Assembly (NCBI GenBank): GCA_963699155.1
Contig: OY969414.1
Location: 1,835,757 to 1,899,756 of the forward strand
Source of the DNA: an uncultured Chlamydiales bacterium
GTDB lineage: Bacteria; Chlamydiota; Chlamydiia; Chlamydiales; JAAKFR01
Length of the DNA: 64,000 nt
Reading direction: 5' to 3'
The notes under the pieces are model-generated. The model did not search any database and was not told where the DNA came from. It saw nothing but the letters and a program-made list of their open reading frames with translations. Positions 27,890 through 36,480 of this stretch are shown here, in pieces. The stretch's first letter is position 1. Every line of letters starts with the position of its first letter. The translations under genes and the position numbers were made by a program.

Positions 27890-27974
27890 CGGGTTGTTAC
27901 ACAATCACAATTAACGCCAGTTTAATGTAACAAGTTACGCGCTAACAAACTTCAGGGGGTTGTGCAACAACCCC
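27890..27974. mobile_element. ~85-bp MITE with 16-bp imperfect terminal inverted repeats
   Basis: GGGTTGTTACACAATC ... GGTTGTGCAACAACCC (14/16 match), flanked by a direct repeat AAAG(C). Confidence 0.65.
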
Positions 27975-27983
27975 AAAGCCAGA

Positions 27984-28128
27984 CTAGATTCTCTCCAGCA
28001 TCTTTTTAAAGGTTTGGAATTTTTCTTCATTTTTTTCTCGTCTTGACCATTTTTCAAGCTCTTCGAGATCAATTTTATGTGCAGCACATATGCTGAGAGC
28101 TTGCTCTAACCCTTCTCTGTCATTCCAG
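27984..28128 (-). pseudogene. 3' fragment of the nucleotidyltransferase gene interrupted by IS21
   Basis: Reads (H)WNDREGLEQALSICAAHKIDLEELEKWSRREKNEEKFQTFKKMLERI* and continues the ...GAFYHWND of 30795-31186. Confidence 0.88.
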
Positions 28129-28430
28129 TGATTAACGACAACTATTTTTCCCTTCAACGACAATTTTAATCCTTAGCGTAACGACAATTAAAATTCCTCC
28201 TTAACGACAATTATTTTTCCCTTCACTGCAGTTCCATCTTCATAACGGTCATTTTTTTTGCTCTTGAGGGAAAAGTTAAACGACGCCTCTTCCACTCCTT
28301 ATGTTGAAAAATACTTTCTTCTCCCATCATAAGCACTTTCTCTCTCTGGGGGATAAATCCCCCAGCCCCCCAATCTTTCATGGGCTCTGCCCCAAACCCC
28401 GGCAAAGGAGCTTGCTCCTTTGCAAACCAC

Positions 28431-29183
28431 TTATTTTTCTTCTTTCCTCGCTTTCGATTTCTCGAGTCGGTAACTTGTTAAGTTTAACTCAAGTATTACA
28501 CTGTGATGCACTAGACGATCTATAGCCGCCGCAGCCATCATAGCATCTTTAAAAATCCCTTCCCATTTCGAAAAGGGCAAATTACTGGTCAGCAAAATAC
28601 TTGTGCTTTCATAGCACCATGTAAACAGGGTAAAGAGCACTTCCATCTCTTCCTTTTCCTGCTGCACATAGCCAATCTCATCAATAACAAGCAGATCGTA
28701 GCTTGTCAGCTTTTTCATCAATCTGTTCAGCTTCAGTTCCTGTTTCGCAATAAGCAAATCTTGTAACAGTGCTGAACACGAACTGAAGCACGCCTTGTAC
28801 CCCTTACCTATCATCTCCTGGGCCAAACCACACATCAAGTGCGTTTTCCCAGCACCAGGTGTCCCAAATAATAACAAATTCTCTTTTCTTTCTAGAAATT
28901 TGCCATCACGTAAGGCATTGAACTGATGCTGAGCTCCCTTCGGTAATCTGCTCAAATCAAAATTTGCAAGCGATTTAGAAATGGGCAGATTTGACTCTTT
29001 CAACCATCTCTCGATGCGTTTATTCTCTCTGGATTCAACCTCTTGCCTTACAAGCTCCAACAAGTACTCTTCATAGCCCCATTCTTCTTTTCTTGCCTTC
29101 TCAGCATACTCAAAAAAGCTTTTACTCATTTTTGGAAGTAACAGCCTTTTTAAACCTTCTGAAACCTGCTCTATTGTATTCAT
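28431..29183 (-). CDS. istB: IS21 helper AAA+ ATPase
   Basis: GTPGAGKTH, LLVIDEIGY, TSNLPFSKW and AAIDRLVHH. Confidence 0.95.
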   Translation of the reverse strand: MNTIEQVSEGLKRLLLPKMSKSFFEYAEKARKEEWGYEEYLLELVRQEVESRENKRIERWLKESNLPISKSLANFDLSRLPKGAQHQFNALRDGKFLERKENLLLFGTPGAGKTHLMCGLAQEMIGKGYKACFSSCSALLQDLLIAKQELKLNRLMKKLTSYDLLVIDEIGYVQQEKEEMEVLFTLFTWCYESTSILLTSNLPFSKWEGIFKDAMMAAAAIDRLVHHSVILELNLTSYRLEKSKARKEEK

Positions 29184-30652
29184 GATTGTGACTCCTTTAA
29201 CAAAGCTAAATCATAAACACATAAATCCACTGTAGAGACAGCTACATCCATTAAAGAAAATATTTTTTCTGGTTTTCGAAGTATCTGTAAAACGCTTTCA
29301 AGAGTTATCATTTGATCTTTAACAAGCAGACTTTTCAAAACCCCTCCTACACGTCTCTCACCATCTTGTGCAGCTGCTTTCAAAATACCTAGATAATCCT
29401 TCACATAGCGTTGAGGCGATCCAATTTTTAAAGCATCGTAGGCTGCCCTAAAAGTACTTGTAGGGTATAACTCTTCCTTATAGCGATAATTCTCAAATGC
29501 TCCAGGCTTCTTTATCAACCAATCTATTATATGACGATAATCAATCTGGGCCTTGTGGGCCCCAACCATGCGCGGAAACTCCTCCACTTTTTGACCTTGG
29601 TACCAGATCTCTACAATACTTCCTAAAAGATGTATCTCTACCTCTTCGTTAATCAAACGACTCGGTACAGAATAAGTGTTATCTTTTAAACGGATTGTAC
29701 TTCCTCTACCTACAGTTAATCTATGAACAGTGGCATCTTGGAGTCTTCCTGGAGGCAATTCTTTGAGCTTTTCTTGTTCTTCTTTAAAACGAACACTTCT
29801 TGCCGCATTACGCTTTATCACCAGATCTCTCAGAAAACCACGATATTCCTCAACGGTTTCAAAATCATGACTACCACGTAACATTAGTGCCTGCTCAACA
29901 GCCCTCTTAAGCCTATGGTGAGCCTGTTCAACATCGCCATTCTCATTCGGGCAACCAGCTTGTATTTTTGTCCCTGTAATACCATAGTGATCCAAAAGAG
30001 CCTGGTACCGTGCACCAAATTTAGGATTATTCGAGAAATTTGACATTGCTGCCGTCAAACGATCTGTGCGATGTCGTAAGGCAGAGCCCCCTGCTTGCCA
30101 GACTGCATTTTGAAACCCCTCACTTAGACTTTCAAAATTCTCGGAAAAACAAATAGTTACACTCTCCCAATTCGAGTAGGTAAAAACAAAGTGATAAACA
30201 AGATGAGGAAATGGGCTCCTTTGGATTGTAATCTTAAGATTTTCCATATGTGTAAAATCTGAAGAGCAAAGATCCCCAGGCTTATGGATTTGTGCAAAGA
30301 ATACCTCCTTAGGTGGTCCTTGGAGTCCTTTCCATTTCTTGACCTTTCTTTGCAAGGTCCGCAATTGCCCTTCTTGAAATTTGCCCGGATATTTCTCTAC
30401 TAAATACTCAAAAATTGTCTTTGCTTCGAGTCGTGGTTGAAGCTCTAGCATGCTTTCAATTTCGGAATTAACGCAATCGAACGGATCCGTTCTTGTTTTC
30501 CAATTATGATCTGTTGGCAACAGCGGGTTATCATTCTTTAAGTAAGTTCTTGCTGTCTTAGGATCTATGCCAGCTTTGGCAGCTGAATCTTTAAGATTAT
30601 TTCCCTCATTAATCATTTTACACAATCTCCTATACTGTGTTTTAGAAATCAT
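29180..30652 (-). CDS. istA: IS21 DDE transposase
   Basis: N-terminal HTH (GIDPKTARTYL), SSDFT, HRTD and ENGDVEQ. Overlaps istB by 4 nt. Confidence 0.95.
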   Translation of the reverse strand: MISKTQYRRLCKMINEGNNLKDSAAKAGIDPKTARTYLKNDNPLLPTDHNWKTRTDPFDCVNSEIESMLELQPRLEAKTIFEYLVEKYPGKFQEGQLRTLQRKVKKWKGLQGPPKEVFFAQIHKPGDLCSSDFTHMENLKITIQRSPFPHLVYHFVFTYSNWESVTICFSENFESLSEGFQNAVWQAGGSALRHRTDRLTAAMSNFSNNPKFGARYQALLDHYGITGTKIQAGCPNENGDVEQAHHRLKRAVEQALMLRGSHDFETVEEYRGFLRDLVIKRNAARSVRFKEEQEKLKELPPGRLQDATVHRLTVGRGSTIRLKDNTYSVPSRLINEEVEIHLLGSIVEIWYQGQKVEEFPRMVGAHKAQIDYRHIIDWLIKKPGAFENYRYKEELYPTSTFRAAYDALKIGSPQRYVKDYLGILKAAAQDGERRVGGVLKSLLVKDQMITLESVLQILRKPEKIFSLMDVAVSTVDLCVYDLALLKESQS

Positions 30653-30794
30653 CCTTTACCTCCTTACGAGATAAAGGATTATCTTCTTAAGTCTCAGCGA
30701 AGGGAATTTTAATTGTCGTCCGAAGGGAAAAATAATTGTCGTCGGACAGGAATTTTAATTGTCGCTGAAGCGGAGATTTAATTGTCGCAGATCA

Positions 30795-31186
30795 TTCCAG
30801 TGATAAAAAGCTCCCAGGCGATCCTTAACACTGTCGATCGGATATAATAATTTGATTGTTCCTAAAGGCGTTTTGACTAAATTAAACCTTTGTACAGGTT
30901 CATTACCAACAGCAACGGGGGGAGAAACAAACTCCACAAACCACCGGCACCCTTCATGTTTGAAATATTTTTGCTTCTCAATGAAGCCGAGCTCTGCTAA
31001 AGCTTTTTTGACCTTTTTCATGTCGACATAAGTAATGTAATCGAGATCATAGGATTGATAGCGATTTTCGGAATAGATCGTTACACATGCTCCACCAACT
31101 AAAATCGTATCGATACCCCTCTTCCTTAACTCTTCTGAAAGATATCCCGCAAGATCACACAACGAAATGCTAAGCCAGTCGATCAT
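30795..31186 (-). pseudogene. 5' fragment of a nucleotidyltransferase-family protein (type IV TA toxin-like); reconstructed length 176 aa
   Basis: ILVGGACV...YQSYDLDY is the GG...DxD NTase motif. The annotated tail LRQLNLRFSDN comes from IS sequence. Confidence 0.8.
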
Positions 31187-31518
31187 AAAGGTTTGCCTTG
31201 GCGCCGCGGGCGTTTCCTTACCACTGGTTCATAATATTTTTTCCGGATTTCTTCAGGGAGAAAAGAATACGCCTTTTCTAAAAAAGTTATTAATTCGCTT
31301 AGAAAGGGGTATCGAGGGTTGAATTGATAAATCAAAGTTTTCCCTTCTTTATGACTAAAGATTACACCCCCTCTTTCTAACCTACCCAAAGCTCTTTGAA
31401 AACTATAGAGAGGGATTTGAAAGGTCACCTTGAGTTGCGAAGGATAGCATTTTTGGTTTACTACAAGGTAAAATAATATCTTTTCAATCACAGGATTTCC
31501 GAAGAGATACTCTAGCAT
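31183..31518 (-). CDS. Winged-helix DNA-binding protein, partner of the nucleotidyltransferase
   Basis: MLEYLFGN...KILFYL...QRALGRLERGGV...GKTLIYQFNPRYPF; 4-nt overlap with the NTase gene. Confidence 0.78.
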   Translation of the reverse strand: MLEYLFGNPVIEKILFYLVVNQKCYPSQLKVTFQIPLYSFQRALGRLERGGVIFSHKEGKTLIYQFNPRYPFLSELITFLEKAYSFLPEEIRKKYYEPVVRKRPRRQGKPL

Positions 31519-31528
31519 ATCCACCACC

Positions 31529-31552
31529 TTTTTTGGTTATATTACCAAAAAA
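31529..31552. promoter_or_regulatory. Inverted repeat upstream of the wHTH gene (possible autoregulatory operator)
   Basis: TTTTTTGGT-N6-ACCAAAAAA. Confidence 0.5.
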
Positions 31553-31584
31553 ATTGGTGCATAGTCAACGTATAAACCTATGCT

Positions 31585-32712
31585 TTAATTGAGGGGCTGG
31601 CCGCGGAGGAAGCAGCGTTTGACGTGGAGATCATCATCTAAGATGATGAGGTCGGCATCGGAATCGATCTCTAGATTGCCTTTATGGGTGAGGTTGAGGA
31701 GGCGGGCGGGCCGCAACGTTGCTGCTTCTAGTGCGGCAGCTTGTGAGCAGCCTGTGCTTTTCCAGAGATAACGGACAGCGGAGTCTAAGGCTTGGGTGCT
31801 GCCCGCCAGGGTTTGCGTGCCTTTTAGGGTCGCCTTGCCCGAATCGAGGGTAATCTCCTGCTCTCCTAATCGGCCCTGGCGAGCTCCTAAACCGGCCATA
31901 GCATCGCTGACGAGAAGCAAACGGCTGTCGCCACATTTCCAGGCGATGGCGATCGCATCTGGGTGAAGATGATGGGGATCTGCAATGAGCGTAAAAGGAA
32001 GTGTGGAATGACAGAGGATAGCGCCGATAATTCCAGGATCGCGGTGGTGAAATAGAGGCATCGCATTGAAAAGGTGGGTGAAGCAACCTAATCCCGCCTT
32101 TTCAGCCTCTAAAATCTGGTGTGAGGTGGCTGCAGAATGACCTGCGGAGACGATGATCTGCTGGCGGTGAAGCGACGAGATATGATCATAAGCGCCAGGA
32201 AGTTCTGGGGCTAAAGTGACCATTTTCACCCCGCCGAGCTCTCCATAAATCTCCTCCAAAGATTTTTCACAGGATTGTAGATATTGAGAATTGTGAGCCC
32301 GTGCAAGAGAGGGATTAAAAAAAGGGCCTTCCAAATGGATGCCCAGAATCGTTGCCTCCCCTGCTTTTTGTGAATTCATGGCTTCGCGTAACACTTTCAG
32401 CGAGGTGTGATATCGCTTTGGTGCGGAGGAAATTAAAGTGGGCAAAAAAGAGGTGACGCCATAGCGTGGAAGCTCGCGTGCAACCTCATGAACCCGCTCA
32501 GGCTCCTCCGTGAAATCGATTTCAAATCCCCCGTTGATCTGTAAGTCGATGTAACCGGGAGCTAGAATCGCGTTATCGAGATCGATGATTTCATCCGCTT
32601 CTTTCTGGGGAGGAATGATTTTTCCATTCCTGACCCATATCCCATCTTTGATGAGCCTTCCAGGTCGGAGAATACGGCCATTTTTAAAAAGCTGGATCCG
32701 ATTATTTGGCAT
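31585..32712 (-). CDS. nagA: N-acetylglucosamine-6-phosphate deacetylase
   Basis: PGYIDLQING, GIHLEGPF, VTLAPE, THLFNAM and LAGS. Confidence 0.93.
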   Translation of the reverse strand: MPNNRIQLFKNGRILRPGRLIKDGIWVRNGKIIPPQKEADEIIDLDNAILAPGYIDLQINGGFEIDFTEEPERVHEVARELPRYGVTSFLPTLISSAPKRYHTSLKVLREAMNSQKAGEATILGIHLEGPFFNPSLARAHNSQYLQSCEKSLEEIYGELGGVKMVTLAPELPGAYDHISSLHRQQIIVSAGHSAATSHQILEAEKAGLGCFTHLFNAMPLFHHRDPGIIGAILCHSTLPFTLIADPHHLHPDAIAIAWKCGDSRLLLVSDAMAGLGARQGRLGEQEITLDSGKATLKGTQTLAGSTQALDSAVRYLWKSTGCSQAAALEAATLRPARLLNLTHKGNLEIDSDADLIILDDDLHVKRCFLRGQPLN

Positions 32713-32769
32713 TAAGATTGCTATATCATAGCGCTGACAAACAAGACAACTAGCAAGGAGAAAATTATT

Positions 32770-32943
32770 ATGTTATGGTGGGCACTCGTATTTCTTATCA
32801 TCGCCATCATTGCGGCCGTTTTTGGCTTTGGTGGTATTGCAGCAGGCGCGATGTCGATTGCTAAAATCCTCTTCTGGATTTTCGTCATCCTATTCATCAT
32901 CAGCTTGATCTATGGCCTCATTAGCCGTGGCAAGGGCCATTAA
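32770..32943 (+). CDS. UPF0391/DUF1328 small membrane protein (57 aa), not in the ORF track
   Basis: [49 protein letters not shown]...; AGGAG RBS. Confidence 0.9.
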   Translation: MLWWALVFLIIAIIAAVFGFGGIAAGAMSIAKILFWIFVILFIISLIYGLISRGKGH

Positions 32944-32949
32944 ATGAAA

Positions 32950-32995
32950 GGGAAAGTGTGCGCTCTTCTCTCAAGTAGGGGCGCAACACTTTCCC
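32950..32995. terminator. Stem-loop after the DUF1328 gene
   Basis: GGGAAAGTGT.GCGC...GCGC.ACACTTTCCC. Confidence 0.55.
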
Positions 32996-33041
32996 ATAAT
33001 GGAATCTAGTTTTTTAAAGCTCTTTTTGCTATGCCACTAAT

Positions 33042-33815
33042 ATGCGCTTTTATTGGGCTCTTTTAGGGATAGCATTCTCCTCCTCCGCCTTTGCCTTTTG
33101 TGGCACTTATGTCGGAGGCTCTTTCGGTGGAAATGGAACATTCACAAAAGAGCAAGGCGAAATAGATGCCGAATTTCGAGGATTGCCCGCTACATTCTTT
33201 CCTGTGCAACGAGAGAAGCAGTTTACTGATTTCTCATGGGAAAGTACCCTTTACGTGGGATGGGGTAATCACTGGAGCGGCTGCTTTTACTATGGTTTAG
33301 AAGCCTTTGCCCGTTATTTTCGCGGGAAAGATTCCAATGAGTGGGAAACCTCATTTCCCGAAGAGCCAGCTCTTGCCTTCACTGCATTCCACAAGACTGC
33401 ACTCTTGATTGGCCCCTGGCACTTCGGATTTGATGGTCGTTTTGGATTTTTACTTCGTCCCCTCACGCTGATTTATGGGCGCCTCGGAGCAGAATGGACC
33501 AAGATTGAAATCCACGAAAGAACAACTCTCATCGGCCATTCTCTCAATGATTCGTTCCACATTTCTCTCTCATCTAAGAAAGATTCCAAAGCGGGAGCTC
33601 ATCTGAGGGCAGGTTTGGGGATCGAGCAGCGCCTCAATCGCTGTTTCTCTCTTAAACTCGATTATCTCTTCACAAGATATGGTAGGCGCTCTCCTAAAGG
33701 CGAGGTTTTTGCTCTCTCCTCTCTTGGCAATCCTATTGACCTTGAAAATCATTCCAAAGTTCGTATCAGAAACCATGCTCTGACTTTGGGACTTTGCTAC
33801 TACTTTTCGAAATAA
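33042..33815 (+). CDS. Outer-membrane beta-barrel protein (Omp/porin-like)
   Basis: Signal peptide, YVGGSFG, LIYGRLG, GLGIEQ and a terminal LGLCYYF strand. Confidence 0.8.
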   Translation: MRFYWALLGIAFSSSAFAFCGTYVGGSFGGNGTFTKEQGEIDAEFRGLPATFFPVQREKQFTDFSWESTLYVGWGNHWSGCFYYGLEAFARYFRGKDSNEWETSFPEEPALAFTAFHKTALLIGPWHFGFDGRFGFLLRPLTLIYGRLGAEWTKIEIHERTTLIGHSLNDSFHISLSSKKDSKAGAHLRAGLGIEQRLNRCFSLKLDYLFTRYGRRSPKGEVFALSSLGNPIDLENHSKVRIRNHALTLGLCYYFSK

Positions 33816-33816
33816 T

Positions 33817-34206
33817 TTAAGTCGAATATTTCCGGCTCAATAGCCCGAGAGCCAAAGCTCCACAGATCAAGACAAAGTCACGGAGCGCGACATCTAAAAA
33901 TTGTAGCATCGTGACGAAGACAATTACGATGACTGAAAACCAAACCGCTAAAAAAAAGGCAAAAAATCGGGGCTGAAAGATGATGCCGATCCCCATCAAG
34001 ACCTCTGCGATTCCGATTCCCAAAATGAGATGCGGCTCATTCATCTGATAAACAAATATGGAGAAGGGTGAATCAATCCTTGTAGAGCCGGAGAAGTGAA
34101 AGAAAATTTTATCGACTCCCTTACCTATGGAAAGGATGACATAGAGCACCTGTAAGATACGGTAGGCCTGATATTCATAAGCAGCAGTAATCTTTTTCGA
34201 GCTCAC
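33817..34206 (-). CDS. DoxX-like membrane protein
   Basis: AYRIL...GVDK...GIAEVLMG...DVALRD pattern; about four TM helices. Confidence 0.6.
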   Translation of the reverse strand: MSSKKITAAYEYQAYRILQVLYVILSIGKGVDKIFFHFSGSTRIDSPFSIFVYQMNEPHLILGIGIAEVLMGIGIIFQPRFFAFFLAVWFSVIVIVFVTMLQFLDVALRDFVLICGALALGLLSRKYST

Positions 34207-34294
34207 AAAGTGAACAATTAAAAAAATTGGATTTGAATGTCAAGCCCCTTAATGGTGAATGATGCTTCACTAGAGCTTCATTTGATGCTGGCCT

Positions 34295-35698
34295 CTACTT
34301 CAAATTTTGAGCTATCCAGTTTTCTAATGCTCTTTCGCAGACTAAAAATCCGGCAGCTCGCCAGGGAAATCCGATCTTATCTGAATGAGGATGGGTTAAA
34401 AACTGGGTAAAATAAGCTTCCAGCTGGTTATGAGTAAAGATTGTGCTGAGATAGCTTGAAGCACCATTATTTTGTAACTCTTGATTTGTTCCTGGAGTTT
34501 CAGCAAGCGAAAAGTCCAAGCCGATATAAAAGCTAATCAAATGATGGTAATTTGGGTTATTAAGCTCTTCTTTGAAAAAATGATAAGCGATGAGTGGCTC
34601 CTTGGGATAAAGTCCGATGTAAGGAATCTTAGCTTTCGCTAACGCCGCAATCGAATCGGGAAAGCCTTGGGAGATTTTCTTCCCCTCTAGAAATAGATTA
34701 ACCACCCCATCTTCGTTAAAGAAGTGGAAAACAGGTCCCTCTGCTATGACTGTTTTCCCAGGTGAAAACTGCTCGCTTATTTTTTTAACAAGAAGCGCGT
34801 TCATTTTTGTAGCTAAACAGGTTGCTTCTTTGTATGAGTCTAAAAGATCCAATGCGTTGACCTTTTGATTCATTCGATCAATAACTTTGACGATTCCTTC
34901 TAAAACAAGGAGCAGCATCTCTGATTTGGGACGAGTAAAATCCACAAGACCTTCACCCATCGCCATAATCTCAACGAAAGCAGGCATCTTCACAGCCTCT
35001 TCAATGCCATAAAATTGGGAAAAAAATTGAACCATTTTAAAAAATGTTGAAGTTTGAGTCTCTTCGACTAAATGGAAATACAAAAGTGTCATGCCGATGA
35101 TGACATATTCAGCATCTTTTTTTGTTTCCACCATCAATCGATAGAGCTCAGACGGAAAATTCTCAGGAGGTAGTAACGACTGGCCATAGTCAGCGACTTG
35201 CACAGAACCATTCTCACCCATATACCAAAGCTCTGCCTGCCCCAGGAGCCTTTCATCTAGAGTCATCGCACATGGACACTCTTGCGTGAGAATAGCTGTG
35301 CTGCAGTGAATCGCCGCTTGCATAAATGCCACATGCACTTTTTTATGAGAGGCTTTTTGAGTGTTGGAGGCTAGCAAAAAAACAACACCTTTCTCGATCT
35401 TTTTTTCGAGAGAAAGTGTAGGATCGGTATTTGTGCCAAAGATCAGATAATTTTCATCAATGAAACGGATCATCGCTTGAATACGAGCTGCCTCCCCCTC
35501 TTTCAAAATCTCTTGAAAAAGCTGACATGTTAGTGTCACAGCCCTTTTAGATTCCTTTGGTAGAAAAGAGAAGATGTAGGCACAAATCTGCCGCCCATTG
35601 AGATCCTGCGGGGCACGGAGGGGCCCGCGATAATAACTCGTTTGGTTATCCCTATCTCTGGCTATCCCTGACACCAGAGCCTTCGCATAACTTGCCAT
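34295..35698 (-). CDS. Hypothetical protein with N-terminal F-box-like motif
   Basis: ICAYIFSFLPKESKRAVTLTCQLFQEI. Confidence 0.65.
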   Translation of the reverse strand: MASYAKALVSGIARDRDNQTSYYRGPLRAPQDLNGRQICAYIFSFLPKESKRAVTLTCQLFQEILKEGEAARIQAMIRFIDENYLIFGTNTDPTLSLEKKIEKGVVFLLASNTQKASHKKVHVAFMQAAIHCSTAILTQECPCAMTLDERLLGQAELWYMGENGSVQVADYGQSLLPPENFPSELYRLMVETKKDAEYVIIGMTLLYFHLVEETQTSTFFKMVQFFSQFYGIEEAVKMPAFVEIMAMGEGLVDFTRPKSEMLLLVLEGIVKVIDRMNQKVNALDLLDSYKEATCLATKMNALLVKKISEQFSPGKTVIAEGPVFHFFNEDGVVNLFLEGKKISQGFPDSIAALAKAKIPYIGLYPKEPLIAYHFFKEELNNPNYHHLISFYIGLDFSLAETPGTNQELQNNGASSYLSTIFTHNQLEAYFTQFLTHPHSDKIGFPWRAAGFLVCERALENWIAQNLK

Positions 35699-35772
35699 AA
35701 ATACCTTGTTAAAAATGTTTTAGCAAAAATTATCCCTGATTTATATTCTTTAAGCAAGCAGGGATATACCAA

Positions 35773-36480
35773 ATGAAGACAAGTTTTGTAGCTTATAATG
35801 ACTCTGAGACCCCTCTTGAGGCCTTTGTAGCCTATCAAACGCCCCAAAAACAACCCGCGGTCATCCTTTGCCATGCCTGGGCTGGTCGAGACGACTTTAT
35901 TTGCGAAAAAGCTCAAATGGTCGCTAATTGGGGCTATGTCGGCTTCGCCCTCGATATGTATGGTAAGGGCATTTTAGGTCACTCCAAAGAAGAAAATAGC
36001 GCCTTGAAGCAGCCCTTTCTAAAAGATAGAAATTTATTACAAAACCGTCTTCTCAGGGCGTTTCAAGTCGTGCGCGCTCTTCCTTACGTAGATGTCGATA
36101 GAATTGCCGTTTTAGGTTATGGATTTGGCGGTATCTGTGCGCTGGATCTGGCGCGCAGTGGAGCCGATATCAAGGGAGCCATCACCGTTTATGGCCACTT
36201 TCAACCCCCACCTCCCAACCTCATCAAATCCATTAAAGCAAAAATTCTTCTGCTGCATGGCTACAACGACCCCATCACCCCCCTTGAAGAGCTCACCGCT
36301 TTTGCAAAAGAGATGGAGTCCGCCCAAGTTGACTGGCAAGCTCACCTCTTCGGGCAGAGCCTGCATGCTTTTGCCACCCCTAGTGCCAATGATCCTGAAT
36401 CAGGAGTGCTCTACAACCCCACCTCTGCCCAGCGTTCCAATCATCTGATACGCAATTTTCTAGAAGAGATATTTACTTAG
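35773..36480 (+). CDS. Dienelactone hydrolase family protein (nucleophile Cys replaced by Gly)
   Basis: HAWAG, GYVGFALDMYG, GYGFGG, HGYND and HAF. Confidence 0.85.
   Translation: MKTSFVAYNDSETPLEAFVAYQTPQKQPAVILCHAWAGRDDFICEKAQMVANWGYVGFALDMYGKGILGHSKEENSALKQPFLKDRNLLQNRLLRAFQVVRALPYVDVDRIAVLGYGFGGICALDLARSGADIKGAITVYGHFQPPPPNLIKSIKAKILLLHGYNDPITPLEELTAFAKEMESAQVDWQAHLFGQSLHAFATPSANDPESGVLYNPTSAQRSNHLIRNFLEEIFT

Larger units (their letters stand above)
28129..30794 (-). mobile_element. Complete IS21-family insertion sequence (2666 bp)
   Basis: TG...CA ends (TGATTAACGACAA / TGATCTGCGACAA), four CGACAA-core repeats at 22-24-bp spacing at each end, 6-bp TSD TTCCAG (28123-28128 and 30795-30800), istA plus istB. 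Confidence 0.93.

Noticed and set aside
28120..28132. 13-bp target-site duplication
   Set aside because: Taking 13 bp removes the TG...CA ends. A 6-bp TSD with end-like flanks fits IS21 better.
28133..28222. Repeated CGACAA units read as iterons or CRISPR repeats
   Set aside because: They are mirrored at 30700-30794 and explained as IS21 subterminal transposase-binding repeats.
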